Assembly (NCBI GenBank): GCA_000004695.1
Contig: CM000152.2
Span: forward strand, 2,720,001 to 2,784,000
Direction of reading: 5' to 3'
DNA length: 64,000 nucleotides
Source: Dictyostelium discoideum
Taxonomy: Eukaryota
Below, piece by piece: positions 39,596-52,867 of this stretch. Each line of letters starts with the position of its first letter. The first letter of the stretch is position 1. The translations under genes and the position numbers were made by a program. A model generated the notes under the pieces. That model was not told where the DNA came from, searched no databases, and saw only the letters and a list, made by a program, of their open reading frames with translations.

Positions 39596-42081
39596 TTATT
39601 GTTGTTGTTGACTTAATTGTCTTTGAACTAATTTATAATATAAACCTTTATGATTCATTAATTCATTATGGTTACCAAATTCTGCAATTTTACCATGAGA
39701 AAGTACACCAATTAAATCTGCATTTTGAACTGTACTTAAACGATGGGCAATTACTAATGTTGTACGTCCTTTCATTAAATTATCAAGCTAAATTAAGAAA
39801 AAGAGAGAGAGATATTAATTAGTATATATATATATATATAAAAGTGAGGAGGAGGATTGAGGAATAAAAAAAAAAAAAAATTCATACAGCAGTTTGAACT
39901 AATAATTCTGATTGACTATCTAACGCACTTGTTGCTTCACTAAAATATATATATTATTAGAAATTTGATTAAATAATAATAATAATTAATAATAAATAAT
40001 TTTTATAATTACTCTAAAATGATAATTTGTGGATTTTTTAAAATTGCACGTGCAATTGCAATACGTTGTTTTTGACCACCGGATAATTGAACACCACGTT
40101 CACCAACTATAGTTTCATAACCTTTTGGAAAGTTTGAAATGAATTGATGAGCATTTGCAAGTTTAGCAGCTTCAATGATTTCATCTTCAGTTGCATTTGG
40201 ATTACCATAACGTAAATTTTCAAGAATTGTTGTTGCGAATAATGATGGTTCTTGACTAACGATACCAATACGAGAACGTAACCATTTTGCATTCAATTGT
40301 TTAATTGAATAACCGTCAATGGTAATATCACCATTTGAAATATCATAGAAACGTTCTAATAAACCAGCGATTGTTGATTTACCACCACCACTTGAGCCTG
40401 CCAATGCTACAACTTGGCCAGGTTTTAAAGTTAAATTCAATCCATTCAATACATGAACATGTGGACGTGTTGGGTATTTGAAATCTACATTAATGAATTT
40501 AATCTCACCTTTTAATTCCCTCAATTTGAAACCCTGATTTGAATTAATCAATGGTACACGATTGATTAATTCAGTGATTCTTTGCATGCCACCCATTGCA
40601 CTCATAATTTGGGTGAATAGAATTGAAAGTTGGGAGAATGAACTCTGCATATTCATAGTGTGAATGATGAACGATGTCAATTGGCCACCTGTCATCTCAC
40701 CACGTGATACCAATGTGCCACCATACCAATACACTAAAAGACTGACACTGTTCAATGCCAATGATGTAACACCTTGGAAAATACCAATTTGCACACCAGA
40801 CTCTGTAGACAATGCCAATGAATGTTGATTTTTTTCTATGAATCTCTCACTTTCATAATGCTGATTTGAAAATGCTTGAACCGTTCTAATATTACCAATA
40901 GCCTCCTCTGCAACGATTGTAGATTGTGCTTGTGCTCTTTGCGATCTAACACTTAGACTCTTTAACCAACCTGCGTAAAATGTACCAACGCTAACCATCG
41001 TTGGTAAAATTGTCATCATACCTAATGAAAGTTTTGGTGATATTAAAATCAATGAAATCACACCACCAACAATCTGACCAAAACTCTTAACACCCAACGA
41101 CACAGAATGCTTCAATGCCGATCTCACCAACTGTACATCACTTGAAAGTCTATTAATTAAATCACCCGTTGAATTCTGGTCGAAAAACCCAATCTCCTGC
41201 TCCAACATTGCTCCAAACAAAGTCGATCTTAATCTTGCTGAATATCTCTCACATGCCACTGATATCATGGTAGAATAAAGGAAATTCAAGCCTGCCTGAG
41301 CCAATAGAATGAATATTGCCTGTATGGCAGGCCCCTGCAAAGAATCACCATTCTTTGTACAATCAATTAAAACTCCAAAAACTTTTGGAATTTGTAATCC
41401 AACCCAACTTGAAAAAAATGCTGTAATTATACCGAATCCGAATAACCAAATATCATTACCAATAGTTTTAAAAAATAATTTAAATGAACTAATCTTTTTA
41501 ATACCATCATCTTCATCGCTTTCTTCTATTATATTATCATCCTTTGCACTATCTTTTAATTCTACAATAATTTCATTTGGTATTTTATCGTATGGGTCAT
41601 TTAATATAGTTTCTTTATCAATTTCATTTTCACAAAATACAATCCCAATTTTATTATCATAAATTTTAAATATTACAAATGTTCCAACTATAATAAATAA
41701 AATATCTTTTATTCTTTTAATTTCAAATGAATTTTCAAATTTTTTATAAAAACTTTCATTATTATTATTATTATTTTTATTATTATAATTATTATTATTA
41801 TTATTGCCACTATTTGATGATGAAGAATAATTTCTCTTATTTACATTATATTTATTATTATTATTATTATTATTACATATTTCTAAAATTTTATTTGAAT
41901 TTATAAAATAATTTGATGATGAATCTTTAAATTTATTTAAAATATTTTTATTGATATTATTATAATTGTTTGATTTTTGTATTATTGATTTTGGATTTAA
42001 TTTATTAATAAATGATGTTGTATTTTTTATATTAATTGGTTTGATTAAACAACATCTTAATAATGAATTCATTAGATTCAC
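39596..42081 (-). CDS. ABC transporter B-family half-transporter (TMD-NBD; mitochondrial ABCB8/ABCB10/Mdl-like) with long N-rich N-terminal extension. Exons 40009..42081, 39888..39939, 39596..39787
   Basis: Six-TM ABC_membrane region. NBD with Walker [11 protein letters not shown]-loop, signature [14 protein letters not shown], then IILE|[18 protein letters not shown]|[63 protein letters not shown]. Donors GTAATT and GTATGA. The stop lies only 28 bp from the eco1 stop on the opposite strand. Confidence 0.85.
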
Positions 42082-42222
42082 TGTATTTCTATTTTTTTTT
42101 TTTTATAAAAATAGAAATTATCAAACCTTTCCTTTTGTAGTGTTAAAATAAATAAATGAAAAAAAAAAAAAAAAAAAAAAAAAATTAAAAAAATCTTTTC
42201 ACACAACAAAAATTTCGTTTTT

Positions 42223-42254
<32 letters not shown>

Positions 42255-42285
42255 CCAATCCACAATTAATATTAAGATAATAATA

Positions 42286-43560
42286 ATGAGTATTATAAAT
42301 AATGAAGTACCAAATAATAAAATATTATTAAAAAGGATAACAGTTGATCCAAATGATAAAGAACAAATTGAAAATTTTAATAAAAATTTTATAACAAATC
42401 ATGTTTTTAATCAAAAAGTTGAAATTATATTACCAATTAAAAAAGGAGCAAATGAAGAAGTAGAAGAAGATAATAATAATGAAAGTGATAAAAAATCACA
42501 ACAAAAACCAAAAGCAAAAGGTAGTTTATTATCACAAGCATCATCATCATATTTATTAGTTGAAGGTGAATTTACAAGTTTATTTCAAGAACAATCAATT
42601 ACACCATTACCATCATCATCAAATAATAAATCATTAGATGGAATTAATACAAAACAATTATATTATCAAATTGAAACAACATTAGATTTATTATTATCAC
42701 ATGAATTTATTGATAAATATATAAAGAATGGTGGATTTTATGCAATTTCACAATTGAATTTCATAGATTCTGGTAATGTTGTAGCATTTTTACCAAATTC
42801 AAAAATAATATTAAATGTTGATAAAGAAACCTATCAAGAATTAGGTTTACTTGGTAAATCTTCAGTTTTTAAGAATTTACAAAGATACATCATCACATTG
42901 GATATGACAAGTAAAGAATATCAACGTGGTTCAAAATCATATACTCGTTTAATTTGGTCATTAAAAGATAGACTATCATCAATCAATTTAATTTGTTTTT
43001 ATCAAAAACTAAACTCAACCCAATTACAATCAATTGATTTCCCTCAAGGTGTTAAAGTTTTACCATCATATAATCAACCAACTCAAGAAATTCTAAATTT
43101 ACGTTTACCAACTTTAAATATAATAAATGAAAATTTAAATATAAATAATAGCAATAATGATATAAAAATGATTTATAATGATTTTATAAATGAATGGGTT
43201 GAAGTTTTAGGATTTGCAAGTTTAGGTATAAATTTAAATCAAGTTAAAGATTTTGAAATTGGTAATTCGTTATTATCACAATGTCCAATAGCAACAAAAT
43301 GTTTAAAGGCAACTCAAAAAGGTTTGGTTTCAAATAGTTTTATTTTAGAATTGATCGAAAAAATTAAATTAATGCTTTCAAAAGGTTTAATTGAATATGG
43401 TGTTTTAAATATTTATGGTTTCGCTGATACTCCAATCTCTTGGAATTCAATTGAACATAATTTTCTATATGGTGGTGAAAATGATCAATCACTTTTAATT
43501 TTACCAAATAATAAATTCATTTCTTCAAATTTAATTGGTACTTATGATTATTATTGTTAA
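42286..43560 (+). CDS. rpp40: Ribonuclease P/MRP protein subunit Rpp40
   Basis: ETTLDLLLSHEFIDKYIKNGGFYAISQLNFIDSGNVVAFLPNSKIILNVDKETYQELGLLGKSSVF and NIYGFADTPISWNSIEHNFLYGGEND align motif-by-motif with my recollection of human RPP40 (LPLHELITPEFISTFIKKGSCYALTYNTHIDEDNTVALLPNGKLILSLDKDTYEETGLQG... / VQGFADSPVSWEKNEHGF.KGGEH). Single exon. Confidence 0.75.
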   Translation: MSIINNEVPNNKILLKRITVDPNDKEQIENFNKNFITNHVFNQKVEIILPIKKGANEEVEEDNNNESDKKSQQKPKAKGSLLSQASSSYLLVEGEFTSLFQEQSITPLPSSSNNKSLDGINTKQLYYQIETTLDLLLSHEFIDKYIKNGGFYAISQLNFIDSGNVVAFLPNSKIILNVDKETYQELGLLGKSSVFKNLQRYIITLDMTSKEYQRGSKSYTRLIWSLKDRLSSINLICFYQKLNSTQLQSIDFPQGVKVLPSYNQPTQEILNLRLPTLNIINENLNINNSNNDIKMIYNDFINEWVEVLGFASLGINLNQVKDFEIGNSLLSQCPIATKCLKATQKGLVSNSFILELIEKIKLMLSKGLIEYGVLNIYGFADTPISWNSIEHNFLYGGENDQSLLILPNNKFISSNLIGTYDYYC

Positions 43561-43724
43561 AAAAATAAAAAATAAAAAATAAAAAAAAAAAAAAAAAGAT
43601 AATAATAATATTATTTCAATTCTATTTTTAAATTTTTCATTTTTTTTTATTTTTTTTTTAATTATTTTTTTTTAATTTTTTTTTTTGATTTTTGAAATTT
43701 TTTGAAAAAGAAAAAAAAAAAATA

Positions 43725-43732
43725 ACCCATAA
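43725..43732 (+). promoter_or_regulatory. DUSE-like upstream element ACCCATAA at -63..-56 of U1 copy 2
   Basis: Same motif and spacing as at copy 1. Confidence 0.5.
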
Positions 43733-43787
43733 ATCAAATTTAAAAAGTGGTATAATTAAAAATGAAAACTTTTTAACTTAACAATTC

Positions 43788-43955
43788 ATACTTACCTGTC
43801 AATATTAATATGTGATCACAAAGGCATATTAATTGCATGAATTTCAGACCATTGCACACCGGTTTGGTTTGTGTATGATTCTCAATTACGAGAATTCAAT
43901 TGACCAATTTGTGGTAGCTGTGGTCGTTGCGTATTACGCACCTCCACTTACCTCC
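43788..43955 (+). ncRNA. U1 spliceosomal snRNA gene (copy 2; 3' end +/-10 nt)
   Basis: Starts ATACTTACCTG; Sm site AATTTGTGG at 43906..43914; terminal stem-loop. Identical to the reverse complement of 19605..19772, including about 25 bp of flank on each side. It lies 228 bp downstream of the rpp40 stop. Confidence 0.8.
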
Positions 43956-44443
43956 TCCCATTTAATTTAATGAAAAAATAAAACTTATATGTTTATAAAA
44001 AATAAATTATTATTGATTTTTAAATAATAATAAAATATTATAAAAATTAATAATTAATAATTTATTATTTTTTTGTTTTGTCTTTTAATTATTATTTAAA
44101 TTTTTTATTTTTTTTATTTTTTATTTTTTTATTTTTATTTTAATTCAAAACAAAAAATAACAAATGTTTGTTTTAAAGTATTATCTTAATAATAAAATAT
44201 AAAAAAAAATAAAAAATAAATAAATAAAAAATAAAAAATAAAAAATGTGACACTTTAAAAAATAATGATTGACAAAAAAGATTTTTGAAATTATAATAAA
44301 TCATTAGATGATCTAATTTATTTCTTTTTTTTTTCCATAATTTTCTAACCCAAATTTCCCTTTTTTTTTTTTATTTTTATCATTTTGCGATTTCTATTGG
44401 GGAAATATTTAATTTTTTTTTTTTTTAAAAAAAATATCCAAAA

Positions 44444-44478
<35 letters not shown>

Positions 44479-44502
44479 GCGACTTTTTTTTTTTTTTTTT
44501 TG

Positions 44503-44537
<35 letters not shown>

Positions 44538-44701
44538 TTTTTTTTTTTTTTATGTTTGTGGTCAAAACCATCATAAACAATTTAAAATTTCAACCATTAA
44601 CCATATCAAAAAATAAAAAAAATAATAATTTTAATAACAATAGGTAATATAAATTTTTTTTAATTTTTTTTTTTTTTTTTTTTTTTTTTATATTAAAATA
44701 A

Positions 44702-45712
44702 ATGGAGTCATCATCAATGACGACAAATAATAATAATAATAATTCAACAATATCACCATCATCATCAACTACATCAATATCAACAAGTAAAAATAATGAT
44801 TTTTTAACATTACATAAAGCATATATTGATGAATGGTTAATGGTTAGTTTTTTACCAATATTAAAGACAACTTATGATGGAGAGAATAATTTCTATGATA
44901 TCTCCAATTTGAATATAAAGAATGTAAACCAAAGAAATATACCATTCTCTGAACAATTATTTGCATTAGATCGTCAATTTCAAAATTTAATTAATCAATG
45001 GGAAAAGTTATCAAGATCAGATCAACAACGTGCAGCAAAGATTGAAAGTTATCAACAATCATTCTACACATTCATCGACCGAATTAAATCAACACTCGAG
45101 AAAACCATGGTGGAATTAGGTGGTTCTTTAGAGGACTCCAATTTCTTAGCGGCAGCAATCTCGTTGAAAGAGAAACAGTCCAAGAATAAACGATTGACCA
45201 TTATGGCAAGATCACGTATATCACCTGGTGGCACCTCTTCAACTCAGTATCAACATCAAATGCATCTAACTGGTCCGATCTCAATAGTCTGGAATGAGAT
45301 ATTAATAATCATCACTCGTAAAGTTAATGAGGAGGTCGTCAGATTACAAACTGAAAATATAAATAACAATATCAAAAATATCAATAACTCTGAATTCAAT
45401 ATCACCAATGACATCTATCAATTCAATAATAATAATTTAACACAAGCAAATAAACTTGAAATTAATAATCAAAGACAAAAACTATATCAACAAGCTTTAT
45501 CAAATATAGTACCAATGTTATTCGAATGGAGAATTATGATGGCAAATGCTCAAAAAGTTATAAGTGAAGAGAAAAGATTTAAAGTTAATCCATTCATACC
45601 AACTACTGTTTATGATCATAATTCTTCATCTTTTATTTCTGCTCCAATTTTAATTAGTACAACCAATAAAACTGCAACAACACTTTTAAATAATTTAAAT
45701 AATAATAATATT

Positions 45713-45791
<79 letters not shown>

Positions 45792-46922
45792 GTAGTAGTA
45801 ATAGTAATAATAACAATAACTCACCAATTTCAAATTCACCTTCTTCATCTTCACCTTCACCTTCTTCACCAACTTTAACGAATAGGCCAAGTTTTATAAA
45901 TTATGATAATCAAAATAATGAAAATAATATAAATAATAATAATAATAATGAAAATAATATAGGCAATAATAATATAAATAATAATAATAGTAATGAAAAT
46001 AGTGATAATAAATTTAGCGAAGAAATTAATATATCATCATCACCACCCGGAACTAGTGGTATGACAAATAGTACAAGTAATTTACCAACTATAGCATCAC
46101 CAACATCTTGGACTAAAGCTGTAAAAAGACCTGCTATGAGTAGTTCAGGTGGAAATATACCAATTTTAAATAATTTAGGTACATCATTAAATAATAATAA
46201 TAATAATAAACAAATTCAAGATAATAATAATAATAATTTAAATACTATAAACGCAAATAGTAATGGTAATAATAACAATAGTTCAAATAATGTAAATAGT
46301 GAAAATAATAATATACCAACAGGTGGTATAATTAAACAAGGATGGATGAAAAAGAGAGGAACTAAAAATAAATCATGGAAAAAGAGATACTTTATTTTAG
46401 ATATGAAAAAAACACTTAGATATTATAAGGATAATAGTAAAATTCCACATGGTAACAATAGTAATAATAGTGGTGGTGGTAGTAGCAGTAATAATAATAA
46501 TTGTAATAGTGGTAATAATAATAATGGATTAAATGGTGGGAGTGGTAAAGGTGATCAAGTCAATGGTAATAATATCTCATTACCAATTGGCAATAACCCT
46601 CATTTCCATAGTAGTAGTGGTAGTGGAATTCCAACTACATCACCATCAATGTCCTCCTCCTCAACCTCATTAGAAAATAATGATATCCTAAGTAGTTTCG
46701 ATCATTTGAAATATAAAGGTTCAATTGATCTATATACATCTTTGGTTGTTGCAATTAAACCAAGCACATTTAATGTAAATATAAACAATAGTGGTAGTTT
46801 TAAAGAAGATAATAATAGTTATTTTGGTATGGATATTATTACACCAAGTAGAACATGGAACTTTTGTTGTGAATCTTCAAAGTCAATGGAAGATTGGTTA
46901 ATAGTTTTAAAAAGTGCAAACA

Positions 46923-46927
<5 letters not shown>
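44702..46927 (+). CDS. PH-domain-containing protein with long N/S-rich low-complexity regions
   Basis: C-terminal PH domain IIKQGWMKKRGTKNKSWKKRYFILDMKKTLRYYKD...(about 45-aa G/N/S-rich loop)...KGSIDLYTSLVVAIKPST...TWNFCCESSKSMEDWLIVLKSANK*. N-terminal region has predicted coiled-coil/helical segments. Poly-N coded by an (AAT)n tract at about 45700..45790. Confidence 0.6.
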
Positions 46928-46954
<27 letters not shown>

Positions 46955-47340
46955 TAAATAATAAAATAAAATAAATAAAAAAATAAATTATTGAATAAAA
47001 TTAAATTATCAAAACTCTTAACTTATTCTTTTATTTTTATTATTTGTTTTTTATTTTTTATTATTATTATTATTATTATTATTTTTTTTTAGTGAAATTC
47101 AATATATATTCCATCGCAAATTAAGATATTGATTTTACAGTTCATTGATAAAAATGTGATGGTGATATTTTTTTTTTTTTTTTTTGGATAATTTATTTTC
47201 TTTTTATTATTATTATTATTGTTGTTGGTTAAATATATACAATCACACGCTTAGGTGTAATTATGAGTTCGCTATCTTTTTTTTATTTTTTTTTGTTTGG
47301 TCGTAATGTTAATTTTTTTTTTTTTTTTTTTAAATAAAAT

Positions 47341-47750
47341 TTATTTCTTTTGAGATTCCATTAAAACATCTAATCTTCTTTGTTTCTTTGCTGCTTTTTT
47401 TGCATCTACTTCTTCTTTTGATAATTGGAAACAATGACGTGAAACGTATGGTTTTAACTATAGTAAAATAATAATAATAATTTTAAAGATTAGTAATGAC
47501 CCTAAAAATAGATATTTTTTCTAATTGAATTGATTTGCGATTACTATTATTGTTATTATTAATATCATACTTCTGATGGAGTTTCTGAATAATAATTTGC
47601 TGGTACGTGAATGGTTAAAGCTTTCTTTGGATCAACGATCCATCTATTGATTGAGGAAGAATGACCAGTACCACGGACACCTCTACCTTTATAATAATTT
47701 TTATTACCCATCTTTGGGGTTAAATAACCTAAAATTCTATGAAATACCAT
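47341..47750 (-). CDS. Mitochondrial ribosomal protein mL41 (MRPL27 yeast / MRPL41 human family). Exons 47571..47750 and 47341..47457
   Basis: MVFHRILGYLTPKMGNKNYYKGRGVRGTGHSSSINRWIVDPKKALTIHVPANYYSETPSE|LKPYVSRHCFQLSKEEVDAKKAAKKQRRLDVLMESQKK* shares GNK..YKG....G.H...G.Y.I.W.KV...V.P....LKPYV with mL41. GTATGA donor, CTATAG acceptor. Confidence 0.65.
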
Positions 47751-48156
47751 CTTTTATTTGTTTGATTATAAATGATATTTGAAGATATATAATAAAAAAA
47801 AAAAAAAAAAATGAAAAAAGCAGAAAAAAAAATCAATTTGAAAAAAAAATTCGAAAAAAAAAAAATAAAAAAAAAAATAAATTCGAAAAAAAAAAAATAA
47901 AAAAAAATATAATTTACATTTTATAAAAGTATGCAAAAAATAAAATTAATTATGTTTTGATCAAAAAATTAATTATTTAAAATAAAAAAAAAAAAAATTT
48001 TTTTATACATTTTATTTTTTAAACAATTCTTTTATTATTATTATTATTATTATTTAATTAAATTTGTTTTGAAATGTCATTTTATTTGAAATATTCTAAG
48101 GTTTTTTTTTTTTGAAAAGCTTGGGGAATGATATGGTCATCTTTTTTCGTAATGTC

Positions 48157-48290
48157 ATAGTGCATAGATAAATCTTTCCTTTCTCTGACACTAGATTAAT
48201 ATTGATCATTTTTATTTCCCTTTGGATATGATAGTAATGATATGAACATTAACTTTTCTAAATGATATAGTGCATAGATAAATCTTTCCT
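48157..48290. repeat. Two copies of a 34-bp direct repeat (atagtgcatagataaatctttcctttctct) about 100 bp apart in a GC-richer island
   Basis: Exact repeat read directly. Flanking sequence gatatgatagtaatgatatgaac... is not homopolymeric, unlike the surrounding intergenic DNA. Confidence 0.5.
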
Positions 48291-48960
48291 TTCTCTACCA
48301 TTAGATTGGTTAGGATACATATCATCATATTACTTCATTTTCTTTTTTCTATATTATTTAAAATTAAAATTAGAATATTTATTTATTTATTTATTGTTTT
48401 ATTTACTTATTTATTTATTTTTTTAATTTAATTTTTTTTACCTTTTTACCTTTTTTCTCTTTAATTCTACCCTAAATCTTTAATTTTCTTTGTTTTGAAA
48501 TAATACTATTTCACTTTATTTATTTTAATACTTTAGTTTGGAATGAAAAAAAAAAAAAAAAGATCAATTTATACTCTGAAAATTTTTTATTATTTCCGAT
48601 AAAAAATTATTTAGATTTGCCCTAATTAGGAATTTTGCTTTTTTTTGATTGATCAATCAAAAAAATTTCTAAAATGGCAATTAATTGATAATAAAAATGG
48701 TTAAATCGGGACAACTAATTTAATTTAATTTATTTTTTATATATTTTTTTATTGTTTTTATTCTCCCCTCAAATAATGTTTTTAATTATAAAAAAAAAAA
48801 AAAAAAAAAAAATGAATGTTCCACCAATAAAAAAGAAATATAAAATCGATCGCAAATAATTCCATATGCAAACAGTTATTTTTTTAAACTTTTTTTTTTT
48901 TTATTTTCCTAATTTTTTTTTTTAAGTTTGTAAATTTTACAAATCAATCAAAAATGAAGC

Positions 48961-49270
<310 letters not shown>

Positions 49271-49280
49271 TATTTACAAA

Positions 49281-51836
49281 TTAATCAAAAACAGAATCTT
49301 CAGCTATTTTATTAGTATTATTATCAATATTAATAGTATTAATATTATTTGATTGATTATTTTGATTAATTATATCTTCAAGATACCAATTTTTATCTTT
49401 ATCAAATCTTAATAAAGTTGAATGATATTTTAAAAGTGAAATACGATGACCAACACTAATGATGGTTATTCCTAATTCTTTAGCAACAGAATAAACACGT
49501 TCTTCAAGTGATTGAGGAATTGAACTTGTAGATTCATCCATTAAAGCGAATTTAGGTTTATGATAGATTAATCTAATAATTGCAATTAATTGTTGTTCAC
49601 CTGGTGATAATTGATTTAACCAATTATGAGTGAGATCATTAACTTGAGCACTCTTTTTAATGAATCTTTCACGATCTAATAAATAATCGATATCAAATCT
49701 TTGGAATAATTCTCTCATTATTGATTTTGGAATTCTTTTTTGTTTTTTACTAAATGGATATAGAATTTGTTCTTCTAAAGTACCAAATATTAAATATGGT
49801 TGTTGTGGTAAGAAAAACATATCTTCATTCTCTGGTCTATTGATACTACCTTTAAAAAATGGCCATAATCCATTAATAATTCTAATTAATGATGATTTAC
49901 CTGAACCACTTGGTCCCATTATTAATAAATTATTTCCTTTTTTAATACATATTGAAATTTCTTTTTATTATTATTATTATTTTTAAATTATAAAAAAATG
50001 ATTAGTAATTCTCTTTTCTTAATTTTATTATTTATTTTTTTTTTTAAAAAAAAGTGGATTATTATATAATTACTTTCATATAATTGAGTTCCTTTTGGAG
50101 TAAAATAGGTAACATCGTCCAATGTAATACTTTCACCTTCATTTAAAGATATATGTCTAAAATCAGTATTAATAGAAGTATCTCTATTATTAATAATTAG
50201 AGAATTGGGTAATGATTTGGTTTTATCTTTTTCATTTAATTTAGTGATCTCTATATCTAATGAAGTATCACCCATAACTTTTTTACAAACTTCAATCATT
50301 GTTGAAATACGTGATATATAACCAGATAAATCTGAGATACTTTGAGAAACATTAATATATTGACTAAATCCACTTGCTAACATAATACAATTATATGATT
50401 GCTTTTTTTTTTTTTTTTTTTTTTATTTAATTTAATGATTATTAATAATTTTCTTTTATTTTTTTTATTTAATCTTAATATTACTACTTACAACTGTTAC
50501 TTGGGCAGGTTCTAATGCAGCTTTAGAACTTAAAAAGAATACTGGAATTGATATTATAAAATAATTTATAAGTGGACTAAAAAATGTAAACATATCAGAT
50601 GTTGCTAAAAAAAAAATAAAAATTAATAAATAAATAAAAAATAAAAAATAATAATTAATAATTATTATTTATTTATCACAATAATAGTTAAATAAAAAAC
50701 TTACTATTTAAACCAAATTGCCAAAAAATTACTCTCTTTTTATTTTTTAATAAAGCTTCAAACTGTTGTTTTGCTTGTTCTTCCTCAACTAATAATTCTT
50801 CATTTTTTATATTTTTATTTGATCTTTTTAATAAAGCACTTCTTTTATTTTTTGAATTTTTATTTTTTCTATTAATAATCTTTGTTTTATCAGTGTATTC
50901 ATCAGATTCTTCACCATCATCGTGATGATGATGATAATGATGATCATCATCATAATAATCCAAATTATCAACACTAGTGGTACTTTTTTTTTGTTGCTTT
51001 TCTTTTGATAAATTATAGAGTGCAATTGATTCAGAGAAATTTCTAATTCTTTGATGAAGGTATCTAAAATCACCTTCTAATTTATCTTGAAGATAATTAA
51101 TTGATACCATTGGTGACATTACTAATTTATTGATGAAATAACCTAAAAAGAAATAACCATAAACAATCAACGGGGCATACCAATCAATAGTAGTATAACA
51201 TAAATATGTATAATAAACCACTACCATTGGACCAGTGATACATTGAGATACAATTGATGATAATAGTGTTGTAAAATTATCAATATCAGATGTTATACGT
51301 TGATCTGGATTATCAATTCTATCATCAAATGCTAATATCTTGTAGAATAATGATTTTTTGAAATAAACATTTTGAATGTATAAACATAAAGTTTTCCTCC
51401 AATTCCATGCCATTATACTAACGATGAATTTAATGATTGCATCAAATAATGCACTACCACCAATTGCAAAACAACCTTTAATCAATGATGATACGAATAA
51501 AAATTTATCTCCACTTGTTAATGATCCATAAATGTTTGATAATAAAATACCTGTGAATTTTGAAATATAAGTTTGTGAAACTCCACTACCAAATAATAAT
51601 AAAAATAATAATAATGGAATCACTGGTTTTTCATATAATATTATCACAATTTTTATAAATCTCTTAAATAATGCCCAATCAAATTTATTTTCTTTAATTT
51701 TCTTTAACATTTCATCAGTTTGATTAAAATTAAGTTTTGATTTTACTTCTTCATCTGAACTACTACCACTACTACTGCTACTACTGCTACTACTATTTAG
51801 TGTTTCTGTTATATTATTAACATTATTTTTTTTCAT
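49281..51836 (-). CDS. ABC transporter D-family (peroxisomal ALDP-like) half-transporter, tandem copy A. Exons 50705..51836, 50492..50604, 50074..50405, 49281..49936
   Basis: TMD with ABCD motifs (AWNWRKTLCLYIQNVYFKKSLFYKI..FDDRIDNPDQRITSDIDNF). NBD LLIMGPSGSGKSSLIRIINGLWP...MFFLPQQPYL...LSPGEQQLIAIIRLIYHKPKFALMDESTSSI. GTAAGT/GTAATT donors. Has a His-rich linker DDDHHYHHHHDDGEESDEY. Confidence 0.8.
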
Positions 51837-52101
51837 ATTTTTATAAAAATTTAATTTTTAACCATACAAGGTATAAAAAAAAAAAAAAAAGAAAAATGAT
51901 ATTATGCTATAGATAGTTTTGTTTGTGGGTTATTTCTATTTTTAATTTGTTTCGAAAAAAAAATAAAAAATAAAAATTAAAAAATAAAAAAAGTAAAAAA
52001 ATAAAAATGAATTGTTTTATTTTGAAAATAAATGAAAAATTAAAAAAAAATAAAATTAAAAAATAAATATCTTAAATCGGAAAGATTTTGTTTTTGATTG
52101 A

Positions 52102-52826
52102 TCAATCAAAAACAGAATCCTCAGCTATTTTATTTGTATTATTATTATTATTATTATTAATATTATTTGATTGATTGTTTTGATTAATTATATCTTCAAG
52201 GTACCAATTTTTATCTTTATCAAATCTTAATAAAGTTGAATGATATTTTAAAAGTGAAATACGATGACCAACACTAATGATTGTTATTCCTAATTCTTTT
52301 GCAACATAGTAAACACGTTCTTCAAGTGATTGAGGAATTGAACTTGTAGATTCATCCATTAAAGCGAATTTAGGTTTATGATAGATTAATCTAATAATTG
52401 CAATTAATTGTTGTTCACCTGGTGATAATTGATTTAACCAATTATGAGTGAGATCATTAACTTGAGCACTCTTTTTAATGAATCTTTCACGATCTAATAA
52501 ATAATCAATTTCAAATCTTTGGAATAATTCTCTCATTATTGATTTTGGAATTCTTTTTTGTTTTTTACTAAATGGATATAGAATTTGTTCTTCTAAAGTA
52601 CCAAATATTAAATATGGTTGTTGTGGTAAGAAAAACATATCACCATTCTCTGGTCTATCAATACTACCTTTAAAAAATGGCCATAATCCATTAATAATTC
52701 TAATTAATGATGATTTACCTGAACCACTTGGTCCCATTATTAATAAATTATTTCCTCTTTTAACATTAATTGAAATTTCTATAAAATGGTTTTTAAAAAA
52801 AAAAAAAGTAAATTAATTAGTTATTA

Positions 52827-52867
<41 letters not shown>

